DNA of 63,056 bases, filler included, from Octopus bimaculoides (GCF_001194135.2; 9 parts of 8 records of this genome joined end to end with filler, not necessarily neighbours in it), one strand, 5' to 3'; positions 12,556 to 25,332 are shown, numbered from the whole stretch's first letter. Notes: generated from the letters alone by a model not told the origin. Made by a program: numbers and translations.

Positions 12556-14095
12556 TTAAAGTGTATCACTTCAGAAATAGTAAAGGAAACATTATCTATT
12601 TCCTCACATGGATGACCTGAAGCTTTTTAATAAGAATAAAAAGCAATAAATTCCTTAATACAAAGTGTAAGACTCTTCAGCAAAGACACAGGCATGGAAT
12701 TTGGCATAGATAAGTGTGCAATATTAGTCATGAAAAGGTGACAGGTAGTCAGCAGTGAAGGCATCCAATTACCAGATGGCCAGACATTAAAATCACAGAA
12801 AGAAGGAGAGTTATAAGTATCTAAGAGTATTAGAATATGACAGAGTATTAACTATAGAAATGAAAATGAAAAGTGTGGTGTACATGAGAAGGGTGAAGAA
12901 GCTGATGAAGTGAAAACTAAATGGTCCAAATCTAGTGACGGCTATAAATACTTGGGTAGTATCATTACTTAGATACTCAACAGCTTTTGTAAATTGGCCA
13001 AAATCTGAATTAGCAAATCTAGACAGAAGAAATAGGAAGGAATTCAATGTGAATAGAGGACTTCACCCTAGAACAGGAGTAGCAAGATTATACTTACTTA
13101 GAAAGGAAGGTAGAAGAGAGTTAATACGAGTAGAAGAATGTGTGAAATTAGCTAGATTAGATATAGACTCCTATGTATGTAATAGTGAAGAAAGGCTAAT
13201 AAGAGTTGCTAGAGTCACAGCAGGACATAGGAAAAGCAAAAAGTCAAAAGAATTTTAAAACCAAACAAAAGAAGTAAGATTATCTGACTGGCAAGAGAAA
13301 AGGCCTTGCGTGGTAGATTCTCAAAGATATTTGCAGGAAATAGTAATAGTAAAACAGGGTTCTGTTTGCAGAAAGGAAGAATGAAAAAAGAGATAAAAAG
13401 TTTGATAGTAACAGCATAAGATCAAGCATTGAGGACTCATTGGATAAAAGCGAAGATAGACAACAATGAAGTAGGTTTCCAATGGAGGTTATGTAAATCA
13501 AAAGAGGAAAGTATTACTCATGTTGATACAGAAAAAATACCAGAAAAGACATGACAACCTAGGGTGTAAGTCTACTGGGAGTTATGTAGAAAGTTAGGAT
13601 TTCACCATACTGATAAATGGTATGAATATGAACCTAATAACGTAGTAGGAAGTAAGAAATTTAAGATGTTGTGGGACTTTAACATTCAGATGGACAGTGT
13701 AATAGAAGGTAGAAGGCCTGATTTAGTAGTAGTAGACTAAGAAAATAAGAGATGTGCCAGTAATTGACTTTAAAGTCCCATGAGAGGTATAGAGAAAATA
13801 ACAAAGTACCAGGACTTAGCCATTGAGTTACAGAGACCGTAGAAAATGCAGGTAAAATGTATATCTGTAGTTATAGGTGTATTAGGATCTATTCCTAAAG
13901 ATTTGAACAGAGGGATACAGGAAATAGGCATAAAACCCAGTTTAGTACAGCTCCAGAAAACAGTGTTTTTAAGGACAGCTAGGATACTTAGCAGGGTTCT
14001 TGGCATTTAAGGTTACTTGTAGCATGGCGTTAGAAATTTTTCGTTTTCGACAGTTTAATCTGTTGTGCGTATATGAAATAATAATGATGATAATA
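12556..14095 (+). mobile_element. 5'-truncated R4/Dong-like non-LTR retrotransposon (RT + zinc knuckle + REL endonuclease + 3'UTR + AAT-rich tail), pseudogenised
   Basis: HMDDLKLF (RT active-site motif, about 12606-12630); GMEFGIDKCA; AINTWVVSLLRYS; GLHPRTGVARLYLLRKEGRR; RHDNL; WDFNIQ; RRPDLVVVD; KYQDLAIEL; VVIGVLG; ends in aataataat. Confidence 0.92.
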
Positions 14096-14676
14096 TTAAA
14101 AATAACATTACTACTACCAGTAATGACAATAATCATTCCTTTATTATTCATTATATATTTTTATCTTTATTTTATGTTTTTATTTTAATTCTTTGTTTTT
14201 GTCTCTGTTACTACTAAGTATAATCATTGGAACAATTATTAATATGTGCTTGCTTGTGAATAGATCACTGTGCACTACTGGCATCAAGGGTGAACAAATA
14301 TATTCCATTAACAGCTATATAGTATATTACTAATGTCACATTTATTGTTTTGTGTATGCTAACTTATGTATTTATTTTCTTATCTTGTTGTTACTTGACG
14401 GAGTAGCTGGTGGCGTTGGATCGTGATGATGTATGAGGAAAGGTAGTTTCTTTATTTTATATATATTTGATTGGACTCATATGCATGTCTGTCAGTGAGT
14501 TTGGTTCGATATCCTCTACCCTGTCATCAAACCCTCACCTGACCCCGTGCAACCCACTACCACCACAGTACCAATCTACCGAATTTCTTTCACCTTGTTT
14601 TCCACCTACTACTTATATTTCATACTTTCTCCTCTTTCTCTCTTAAGCCACTGTTTATTTGTCTGTCTGTCTAGTT

Positions 14677-14685
14677 CACTCTTTC

Positions 14686-14736
<51 letters not shown>

Positions 14737-14752
14737 CCTCTCTTTCTCTCTC
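14677..14752. repeat. (CT)n microsatellite
   Basis: Direct reading. Confidence 0.9.
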
Positions 14753-15268
14753 ACATTGCTCATAATATATAAATAAATAATTAGATTAATATGTAAATAG
14801 AAATATGTTATAAATACCCGATTGTTCGAGTCTATCGTTAGACTTAGAAGTGATTATCTCCCCTGTCTACAGAGTGAGAAGGAGTAAAAGATAGAAAAGT
14901 AAAGAGAGATAACAGAAAGAAAGAGAAAGAGAGGAGAAAACGAGAGAAAGTGCAGAATAAATATAGAGAAAGAGCAAAAGAAAAGAGAGCAATAAAGAGA
15001 GACAAAGAAAAAGAGGAAACGAAATAGAGTCACAAAGAGAGAAAAATTTTAAAAAAAGAGAAAGTGAGAGAGAAATGCTGAACGAAAGGGAGAGATTGAC
15101 GAATTAATCCTTGCTCGCTAGGCAAGGGATCAAGCGTTAAATCATTGACAAACCGAGAAACGTCAAAGAATCTATTAAAGCAATACTTAAGTGACTTCTA
15201 TTCATTGCTATTTATCTTCACACACAGATACAACAAACAGCCACAACCACACCATGTATGCCCACACG

Positions 15269-15359
<91 letters not shown>

Positions 15360-16347
15360 NNNNNNNNNNNNNNNNNNNNNNNNNNNNNNNNNNNNNNNNN
15401 NNNNNNNNNNNNNNNNNNNNNNNNNNNNNNNNNNNNNNNNNNNNNNNNNNNNNNNNNNNNNNNNNNNNNNNNNNNNNNNNNNNNNNNNNNNNNNNNNNNN
15501 NNNNNNNNNNNNNNNNNNNNNNNNNNNNNNNNNNNNNNNNNNNNNNNNNNNNNNNNNNNNNNNNNNNNNNNNNNNNNNNNNNNNNNNNNNNNNNNNNNNN
15601 NNNNNNNNNNNNNNNNNNNNNNNNNNNNNNNNNNNNNNNNNNNNNNNNATATATATATATATATAAATATATTTATATGTACTCTCAGTCATTTTGTTAT
15701 TTGTGTTTGCAAAAGACTTACTGAAAGATATCTAAAGCCTACGGCTATCCACTGCTCGGTGTGATTCGGTGTAGGATTTTAACGAGTACGAAAACTACCA
15801 CTACTACTATTACTACTATTACTACTTGACGTCAGATAAGTGTAATGTATCAAATAGACTAGAATTAAATAACTAAATAAAAAAGAGTAAAGACAAAACT
15901 CAAAACTAACATAATTTGGATTTATGCCTTCTACGTCACCGATAGCGAAAGAGTCAGTATCACCTCCGCCAATAAGAACAATAGCAACGTCTGACCTCAA
16001 TTTGAAATCAATTTTGTCTCACGTTCTTTGAATACAGTTGCACTCAAGATAATTGACTCCCTTAATAGTTTGTATCATGAGTATTAGTGACTGCTAGAGA
16101 GGAGCATTGTCAAAGGCAAAGTTTGTTAGTGAGGTCATCATAATCTTTTAGATTTTAAAAAACACTAGAAGGAATTTTGGTTTTTAATGGTAAAGATAAT
16201 TTCAGTAATCTAAGCTTAAAATTCGTGCTTAGCACTGTTATATCCTTAAGCCTCCAATATTGTAGTATTGTTGACGAAAGATAAAGAATACACTGTAACA
16301 GTGTTATAACAATACAAAATAGAAACAACGGCAATAACAAACACGTA

Positions 16348-16397
16348 ACGAACCAACAATCTTTTACGAACCAACAATCTTTTACGAACCAACAATC
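16348..16397. repeat. 20-bp tandem repeat, about 2.5 copies
   Basis: Unit acgaaccaacaatctttt-like. Confidence 0.8.
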
Positions 16398-16639
16398 AAT
16401 ATTTCCAACACACTAACTCGAACTATAAACTGTACCTTGAATTCGAAGACCAAACTAAGAACTGCCCACTACTTCAGACCGCTACTATTTATAAGTAGTG
16501 GTCCCGTCTATTTTCAACAGAGGGTGTCGTACTCTCGCCACAACAAGCAGGCAGAACGCTCTTCTTATGTACGTTTCTCTCCCATCCGTATCGTTAAAAT
16601 CAATGACACAACTTTCCTTCCATCCAAATACACACACGC

Positions 16640-16691
<52 letters not shown>

Positions 16692-16704
16692 TGATACATA
16701 CAAA

Positions 16705-16890
16705 CATACACATATACAAGAGGTTTCTTTCACTTTCAGTCTACTAAATCCACTCACAAAGCTTTGGTCGGTCTGAGTTATAGCAAAAGACATTTGACCA
16801 AAGTTTGATGCAGTGGAACTTAACCCAGAACTGTTATTGGGAAGTAAACTTACCACACACTCACTCCCTCGACTACACGGCCACGCATGT
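16705..16890 (-). mobile_element. SINE S1 head half
   Basis: ttcagtctactaaatccactcacaaagctttggtcgg ... ttaccacac ... cggccacgcatgtgcc. Confidence 0.7.
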
Positions 16891-17017
16891 GCCTACATAT
16901 TGCTGTTTTTCGATTATTCATTGAAAGAGGTGTAACAAATTATTATAAGTTATGTGTGAGATTATTCCTTTTCTAAATATATATACATTCATGTATGCAT
17001 GCACGTATGTATGTATG

Positions 17018-17048
<31 letters not shown>

Positions 17049-17093
17049 GTATGTATGTATGTAAGTATGTATGTATGTATGTATGTATATATG

Positions 17094-17128
<35 letters not shown>

Positions 17129-17299
17129 GTAAGTATGTATGTATGTATGTATGTATGTATGTATGTATGTATGTGTGTATGTATGTATGTGTGTGTGTGT
17201 GTACGCATGCATGTGTATGTGCAGATTTGTATGTTTTGTTTTATGCATGTATTTTCATGAATATGTTTGCATATCAAGACCTGCTCAATATATACTTAA

Positions 17300-17470
17300 T
17301 TGATAAACTTTTGGAAAGATTTACAGATTTTTACAGTTCCAGTGATGGCTTGGGCCTGTAGTCTTCGAATCAGCTTTCTTTTTATCTGGTTTTGAGAAGC
17401 TTAAATTCTCAAGATTGGTATTTATGCGGCGTGTTACATATCCCAGTGCCCCAATAATTACAGGTACGTA
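17300..17470 (-). mobile_element. REL non-LTR retrotransposon 3' fragment
   Basis: Minus translation YVPVIIGALGYVTRRINTNLENL...RLQAQAITGTVKICKSF. Confidence 0.65.
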
Positions 17471-17989
17471 GTACGTACGTATGTATGTATGTATATTCGT
17501 TTTCAGGTCACTGTTAGTGCTACTAGTAACATGTAACCTAGTACAATCAGTCACAAGCTCTGACCAACTAAACCATTGACCATACCAGGCAGGCTTGGTA
17601 AGGTGGTAAGTTTCCGTTGGGCACTCAGCAGGTCAAAAAACAAAAATCTGGCAAAAGATGGAAAGACTCAGTAGAATCAACTGCGATCGAACAGGTGAGA
17701 CCCCTAATCCTTGTTTAGATATCTCTTTAGTAGGGGAAGTTCTTGATTGTTTCAGGATTACTCAGCTACAGTAGGTGAGAGACTTGGCGGATGGTGTGCA
17801 TGCTGTTTAAGTGTCAGTTCGAGCATTGCTAACAGCCATTGTCCTTAACATTTAGGATAAGATAATTTGTCGGTGATGGTCATGCTCGTCTGCGAGTTGA
17901 CAACTACTATGCATGCATGTATGTAAGTATGTATGTAGTGTGCTGATCATCTCTAAGTCTTGCCAATTGAAGTGAATATATTTCCCTAA

Positions 17990-18732
17990 TGTATACTCCA
18001 TCAGCCTCTTGATAAAATCGCATCTTGTTTTTTCCTGTTATTGATGTTGCAGCCCTCCCGTGAAATCCGGCTTTGTGCAACTCCCGGCGAACAGTTTTTG
18101 TGAAAACTGTATTCTCGAGGTGGTCATTAAGCTCCGTAGTAATTTTGGGAGTTGTACTTTTGTGATCCTTTCTAACAATTCGTGTAAGAATCTGACGGTC
18201 CTTATCTTTAAATTTTGGTTTTCTTCCGGAGTTTTGCTTCGACGAGGAGGTTTTTCCCTCTTTCTCAAAAGCTGTCATTACTTTCGAGACAGTACTTCTT
18301 GATACACCAAACATTTNNNNNNNNNNTTCGTGTAAGAATCTGACGGTCCTTATCTTTAAATTTTGGTTTTCTTCCGGAGTTTTGCTTCGACGAGGAGGTT
18401 TTTCCCTCTTTCTCAAAAGCTGTCATTACTTTCGAGACAGTACTTCTTGATACACCAAACATTTCGGCTGTTTTCGTTACACTAGCGCCTGCCATACGAG
18501 CACCTACAATTTGACTTCTTTGAAAGTCCGATAAATTTGTCATTTTAATGAATTTTAATTTGCTTTTTCTGATGATACCTGAAAAGAAACAGCAATTTTA
18601 TCAAAATATATTAAGCAACACTAATAATAAACCAAAAAACAAAAATAAACGAGCTTTCGGCGGTTTTGGAGATATTTCAAAATTATGATGCTAAGATGAT
18701 AGGTGTTTCCATTATTTTCTCCAACCCCTGTA
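17990..18732 (-). mobile_element. Tc1-like DNA transposon, 5' part with left TIR and paired-like HTH N-terminus
   Basis: TA + TIR caggggttggagaaaataatggaaacacc (18702-18730). ORF MTNLSDFQRSQIVGARMAGASVTKTAEMFGVSRSTVSKVM...SGRKPK...TVRRELHKAGFHGRAA. Truncated before the DDE domain. Confidence 0.9.
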
Positions 18733-19394
18733 TATACATATATATACACACACACGCACCTACCCACCGCCACACACACATATATATATATAATAGTAAT
18801 GACAATAGTACTTAAATGGAATTTTAAAAAATTTAATGTATTGCTACGCGCGTTTTCACAAATCACATGTCTCTTAAGACCACAGTCTCTATTCCTGGGA
18901 CAATTACATTTTAGTCTGTAGTATCCGTGGGCATCGGGTTGATCATCTTCATGGATTCATTTCTTCATGTCATATAACATTAATGGATGTACAACAGAAG
19001 GATGCTTATCCCTTTGACCAGTATGAAGGTTGAGTGAGTTATGTTTCCCGTAAACAAATTAAAATACATACATACATGCATGCATACATACATACATACA
19101 TACATACATACACATATATATATATATAAATGTATGCATATATGCATGTATGCATGTATGTATGTATGTATGTATGTATGTTTACATTTCTTAGAAAGAT
19201 ACCTGAGATCGGTTTGTCGACAAATTTATGCTACACAACCTTTCATATCGAAGGCGTGTGCAATAGCCTTTACTTGGAAAAAGAAATAAGTGTTATTGCT
19301 AGGAATAGCAACTATGGGAAAACGGACTAACGCGAAAAAAAGTTTATATATGTGGGGGTGTGTATATATATATATATATATATACACACCCACA

Positions 19395-19433
<39 letters not shown>

Positions 19434-19463
19434 GTAAGTATGTATGTGTGTATGTATATAAAA

Positions 19464-19777
19464 AATACAAAATGGGACAAGAACGCGAAACATCCGGACA
19501 GTTAGGTGATACAAAAATTGGATAACAAGATAGACGATACAAAGAAAACAAGGAATCTAATGCTCTTAGCATAGTTTTTCTTTGGGGCTGGCCAGATTGA
19601 AGCAATCTGGAGTATAATCAGCCGAAACTGCGAAGATAATCTGGTACTCAACTGAGGAAAGAAAACTTCGAATGACCCGTCCTTGTTTCTTTGCATCGTC
19701 TATCTGGATGTTTTGTTGTCCCATTTTTGTATCACCTAACAGTCCGGGTGTTTTGCGTTCTTGTCCTATTTTGTATT
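19464..19777. mobile_element. MITE with about 90-bp terminal inverted repeats
   Basis: atacaaaatgggacaagaacgcgaaacatccggacagttaggtgatacaaaaat...caagga vs tccttg...atttttgtatcacctaacagtccgggtgttttgcgttcttgtcctattttgtat; flanked by (TA)-rich tracts. Confidence 0.8.
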
Positions 19778-19779
19778 TC

Positions 19780-19866
<87 letters not shown>

Positions 19867-19921
19867 TGTGTGTGTGTATATAGCGGCGTACGTACACTTT
19901 GGTTTATTATATGTATGTATG

Positions 19922-19952
<31 letters not shown>

Positions 19953-19971
19953 ATATGCATGTATATTCTTT

Positions 19972-20348
19972 TATTTCTTTACTTGTTTCAGTCATTTGAC
20001 TGTAGCTATGCTGGAGCACCGCTTAAAAGGGTCTTTAGTCGAAGCAATTGACCTCAGGACTTATTCTTTGGAAGCCTGGGGACGTAAACACATCAACATC
20101 ACTTGTTAAGCGATGGTGGTGAGGGGGACAAACACAAACAAAGACACACACATATACATATATTCACCTAAATATATATAGGACGGCCTTCTTTCAGATT
20201 TCGTCTACCAAATCCGCTCACAAGGCTTTGGTCGGCTCGTGGCTGTAGCAGAATACATTTGCAAAAGGTGCCACGCATTGGGACTCAAGCCGGAACCATG
20301 TGGCCGGGAAGCAGGTACTTTTTCCCCCACACAACCACACCTGCCCAT
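19972..20348 (-). mobile_element. SINE S1, near full length
   Basis: tttacttgtttcagtcatttgactgtagctatgctggagcaccgc ... ttctttcagatttcgtctaccaaatcc ... cggaaccatgtggccgg ... acaaccacacctgcccat. Confidence 0.88.
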
Positions 20349-20463
20349 ATATATATATATATANNNNNNNNNNNNNNNNNNNNNNNNNNNNNNNNNNNNN
20401 NNNNNNNTTAATTAATTAANNNNNNNNNNNNNNNNNNNNNNNNNNNNNNNNNNNNNNNNNNNN

Positions 20464-20970
20464 TTCCAGCTCCTGTGTGTCGGGAAGATTTGAACCAGTA
20501 GCAGATTTCTCGTCTCGGATCTGGTTCATTATCCGAGTAAGTGGTCCTTTATAACCCGGTCTATGACCATTCTGGTTTGTATTTTGTTTTATTAACAGTG
20601 AGGCATAACAAGCTTCGACGTTAGCGCTAGGGGACGGATCTGTCTGTTTCGGGTAAATTTTTTGTGACAACACCGTCTCCGAGCTCTCGTGACGTAGCTT
20701 CTTAAGGCTAGCAGATCTATTTCGAGTAAGTGGCCCTTTGTGATTCGGTCGACGACCAATCTGGTTTGTGATCTGCTTTGTTATCATTGAGGGATGACGA
20801 GCTTTGGCGTTGACATTAGGGGACGGATTTGTCTGTTTAGGGTCAGTTTTTTGAGACAACACCGTCACCGAGTTCTCAGCATGTAAACATTGCTCGTAGC
20901 GTAGTTTTTTAAGGCTAGCAGATCGGTATTCATCTGTATTTTTTCTGTTGATAGATTTATCTCCCGGCAT
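20464..20970 (-). CDS. Orphan ORF (at least 169 codons, runs into gap) with an internal two-copy repeat; product unknown
   Basis: Non-microsatellite open frame from ATG 20970. The repeat RSASLKKLR...TVLSQK..PKQT.PSP...KQ.TNQ.G.RP..KGPLTR occurs twice and differs by an in-frame 6-codon indel. Confidence 0.45.
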
Positions 20971-21557
20971 AGTGTATTTGTGTGTGTGTGTGTGGCGTTT
21001 TAAACTTATGAATGGTTCACTGTCTGTGTTTGTTCACAAAATGAAAATAAATAAGGAAGAAAAAAAAATTTGGGGTTTTGCTTCGTTTGTGATATGTGTT
21101 TTCGTATGCGTGAGTGTGTCCTGTGATTTTCACGTAGTTGTGTAAACATTAAGATGCATGTGTAGTTCTATGGGTATCAAAACGTATATATCATTGTGTA
21201 CACGTTCGAGTGTATGCGTAATTATTCAATATATGTACTTACTATTTTGTTCCATTTCTTTTTTATATAGTTTGTAAACTTTCCGGTGTTGGTTTTGCGT
21301 GTGTGATCGCACGTGTTTCATTGAGACATCGTGCATAGGAGGACCTGTGCTTTGTATGGCAGTGAAATTTCATTTTTTAAGAATAAAAAATTTTTTTTTT
21401 TTTAATTATCTTCGTTAAAAGACCGCTTCCTTCAAATCTTCCACCGGTTCTTTTGCCTAATTCCATCGATGTTATTGGATTAGATTTGTTTTTGTATAGG
21501 GAGCCCGGTGTAGCACATCCATGTTGTTATTCCTTCTTCTTCTTCTTCTTCTTCTTC

Positions 21558-21597
<40 letters not shown>

Positions 21598-21599
<2 letters not shown>

Positions 21600-21807
21600 G
21601 TTTGACTTTTGCTTTGATTTTGTACAAGTTAGCTCCAAGTCTTACCCAGAGACCTCAAAAGACAAGTTAGTTCATGTTGGTGTTATGCTTAGGGTGTTGT
21701 ACTTGGTTTTGCACATAGTACTGTTGGAGAGAATGTTTAAGAAAACATAAGAAAATTATGAGTTTGCTTTAAAATTCGATATTACATAGACAGTATTTTA
21801 CGTAGGA

Positions 21808-21810
<3 letters not shown>
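21598..21810 (-). mobile_element. REL LINE 3' end (ILRKILSM* + 3'UTR) flanked by (TTA)n on both sides
   Basis: Minus strand atcctacgtaaaatactgtctatgtaa; homologous to about 23300-23450. Confidence 0.75.
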
Positions 21811-21891
<81 letters not shown>

Positions 21892-21920
21892 CATCATTAT
21901 TATTATTATTATTATTATTA

Positions 21921-23285
21921 TAGACGTCGCACAGTATTCAACATCGTGAAGTTGTTGAAGATATTGTGTCTACCGGTCACAACAAGAATCTCAGGCAGAC
22001 AGTATTTTACGCAATATGCGTGCAGTTCCAAGTAATGCCGACTTTTGCAATACATCTAGATTGTAGGATATTTCTAAGATTTTCAGATGTTTTTTTTTTT
22101 TCAGATTGGGTGGTATCGAACCCAATGCTCCGATGACAATAGGGATAACCTTTATCTTTGACTCTCGTAGCTGCCACATCTTAGCGATCTCAATTCTCAG
22201 GTCTCCATATTTATCAATCTTTTCTCTTTCTTTCATGGCGATATGTTGATCTCCTGGCACTACCACGTCAATTATTAGGCACTCTTGTTTGTCCCTCCTA
22301 AAGGTTGTTCTGGAAATAAAAGTCCCAGAAAAGTCTTGCCTTCTCCTTTTCGTCCATTACCTTTTCCGGTGTATGTCAGTACCAAGCACCTGTAACCTCC
22401 TATCCATACTTTCGGCATAGTAGCCAGTGGAGGTTTTGGGCTACCTTGTCGTGTTTACGCTTGTACTCTTACTGCGCAAGTCTTCCATAAGCACTAGCAA
22501 TTATGAGTCACGCTTTCGACCCTCTTCTCACACATTCTGCAGAGGTCTTTTGCACTTTTATAGTATATATTCTTTTTCACTGAGTTGGTATTCAATGCCT
22601 GGTCCTGGGCAGTGATGATTAGGCTTTCAATATTCCTTTTTAGGTCATCCTTGTTCAATCACCTCCATGATGCTTCCTGATTTTTTAAGTTGTTGGTTTT
22701 ACGGTAGAACTGACAATGTAATTTCATGCGGAGTAGGGTTTCTTCTCTCTCGCTGGCTGTTCTTGATCGAAATTTATGAGCACTCTCAAGTTCATTTTTG
22801 TTAACTTCTTCTGCAGCATACTGTAGCAGTTCTCGTTTACTGTTCACCAAATATTCTGTCATGTTTCTTCTTTCAATGTTGGTGCACTCCCATACGTTAA
22901 TCAGCCCACGTCCACTTTTACTCCTCTTCATGTAGAGCCTGTGTACATTTGCCTTGGGGCGGAAGGCATCATGCATTGTCATTGACTTTCAGGTAGTGTG
23001 ATCGAGTTGGTTAATCTCCGCTTGTTTCCATTTCAGGATGGGCGCACTATAGCGGACTACAGCAACAGTCCATGTGTTGATTGTAGTCACAAGGTTCCTT
23101 GAGTTGAGTCTTTATTTCAAGAGAAATTTGAGGCGCTTGAAAAATGCAGTGATGACCTTGTCTTTCGTTTCTTTGTGCAAGATATTGTCCAGCTTCAGAA
23201 TCCCCATCATCATCCGGGTCTACCATTCTCTCACCGTTTGGCAATTCTATGTTTTACAAATTACTCTTTTCCCCGCTTCAAAGTA
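21921..23285 (-). mobile_element. R4/Dong-like non-LTR retrotransposon (second subfamily), 5'-truncated and degenerate
   Basis: KANVHRLYMKRSKSGRGLINV; EREKIDKYGDLRIEIAKMW...KVIPIVIGALGSIP...QKSALLGTARILRKILSA*; followed by (AAT)n tail. Confidence 0.9.
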
Positions 23286-23575
23286 AGCACCACACACTTG
23301 GAGATACCGAATGTAGGTGTTATGCCTAGGGTACCATATATTTGGATTTGTACAGTTTTGTTCTAGTGAATGTTTAAGAAACCATAAGAAAATTATGTGT
23401 ATGCTTTAAAATTTGAGATCACATAGACAGTATTTTACGTAGAATATGGGTAGTTCCCATGAGCACTATCTTTTGAACTTCAGCCATTTTGGGGTTTCCT
23501 GGTATCTGAGCTAGGTAGTAATCAGCCCGTTTCGCTGTCATTCCCAGGGCACCTATGACAATAGGTATTGTTTTC
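23286..23575 (-). mobile_element. REL LINE 3' fragment (third subfamily)
   Basis: Minus translation KTIPIVIGALGMTAKRADYYLAQIPGNPKMAEVQKIVLMGTTHILRKILSM*. Confidence 0.8.
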
Positions 23576-23666
23576 AATCGTGTTTGTTTGTTTGTCTGTA
23601 GACAAGATATCTCAAGAACCGCTGGATGGATTCGGATGAAACTTTCAGAGATGTTTGGCCTCGTGG
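23576..23666 (+). mobile_element. Helentron-derived non-autonomous element (HINE/DINE-1-like) fragment
   Basis: (TTTG/GTCT)n followed by gatatctcaagaaccgctggatggattcggatgaaactt, the microsatellite-plus-core arrangement recalled for DINE-1/HINE elements. Confidence 0.5.
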
Positions 23667-23766
23667 NNNNNNNNNNNNNNNNNNNNNNNNNNNNNNNNNN
23701 NNNNNNNNNNTTAATTAATTAANNNNNNNNNNNNNNNNNNNNNNNNNNNNNNNNNNNNNNNNNNNN

Positions 23767-23805
<39 letters not shown>

Positions 23806-23977
23806 CTGTATATATATATATATATATATATACAAATTTACTTATATACTTATCTATCTATCTAAATTCATTTTCTGCAAACATACACAAACTCACAGGC
23901 GCTTTACGCACACGCACAGGCACACATTCAGAAATACATACATACATATAAAACCAGGCTGATGATAATGACATGCC

Positions 23978-24023
<46 letters not shown>

Positions 24024-25007
24024 ACAAAGTATGTGCTTTCACATACATCCATCTGAATATCTTAGCCTCCTGCAGTTGCTTGCAATGCAAATTGTTTGAA
24101 GATTTTATCTTTTGTAAACTTAAAAGGATTCTAGGAGATATCAGTTTGCTAGATGATTATGTGAAACAAAATGCACACATGCTCTTACCGTTATCTCCCA
24201 TAAAGTGCTAAATTGGGGACTCTACATAGGGTCGAGCAACCAGATGCCAGAGAAATCGATCTTATTTTTTCAGGAGTCTCACTCCAGTGTTTTAGGGACC
24301 GGACAAGAACGACACCCTAGGTAATGGAACCCAAGATGCTACTAAAAAATACAGTATTACTCGCTGAAGGACTATCTTTAATTACTGGAGTAGTTAATCA
24401 TGATGCATAATGAGCTAATGGTTAAAATGTCGGTTTTGTGAGCATGACGTCACAGGTTCATCTCTATTGTGTGGCCTTATTTAGCCGAGTGTCTTTCACC
24501 ATAACCGCAAGCCATGTAAATGAAACTGGAACAGTCCGTAGCATGTCGGCTGGATTGTATGTGTACTTCAAAGCAAAGGCACAGGCAACCTCTCCATGCA
24601 TTCTATGTCACTTTGATTTTTTTGTGAGGATTACGTTTAAGTTACACATCTCTAATACTCAAACAATATAACCACTAATTCAATGAATAAGTAATTCAAT
24701 GGATCGAACACTAACTGGATTGCTCGTCGTTGAAACCAACGGAAATACTTTAGATAGTCAGGGTTGACCTGCTGCTAATCCCTAATATATATATATATAT
24801 ATATATATANNNNNNNNNNNNNNNNNNNNNNNNNNNNNNNNNNNNNNNNNNNNNNNNNNNNNNNNNNNNNNNNNNNNNNNNNNNNNNNNNNNNNNNNNNN
24901 NNNNNNNNNNNNNNNNNNNNNNNNNNNNNNNNNNNNNNNNNNNNNNNNNNNNNNNNNNNNNNNNNNNNNNNNNNNNNNNNNNNNNNNNNNNNNNNNNNNN
25001 NNNNNNN

Positions 25008-25332
25008 CATAGGCACAGGAGTGGCTGTGTGGTAAGTAGCTTGCTTACCAACCACATGGTTCCGGACAAGTGTCTTGTACTAGAGCCTCAGGCCAACCAA
25101 AGCATTGTGAGTTAATTTGGTAGACGGAAACTGAAAGAAGCCCATCATATATATATATATAATGTGTGTGTGTGTGTGTGTGTGTGTTTGTGTGTGTGTG
25201 TTTGTCCCCCCAACATCGCTTGACAACCGATGGTGGTGTGTTTATGTCACCGTAACTTAGTGATTCGGGTCAATTTGCCCGACCAGAGGCGGTGCTCCAG
25301 CATGGCCAGTCAAATGATTGAAACAAAAGAAA
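25008..25332 (+). mobile_element. SINE S1 with internal deletions
   Basis: Head ataggcacaggagtggctgtgtggtaagtagcttgcttaccaaccacatggttccg with A-box-like TGGCTGTGTGG; internal (AT)n(GT)n; tail ggcggtgctccagcatggcc. Confidence 0.88.

Noticed and set aside
18165-18463. Exact duplication of about 140 bp within the Tc1 relic
   Set aside because: Identical copies sit on either side of a 10-N gap, which indicates an unmerged contig overlap.
20408-20419. Recurrent TTAATTAATTAA inside N-gaps (also near 23711, 27472, 30438, 55138, 58813, 60624, 61925)
   Set aside because: It is always embedded between N runs and gives stop codons in all six frames, so it is a scaffolding spacer and not biology.
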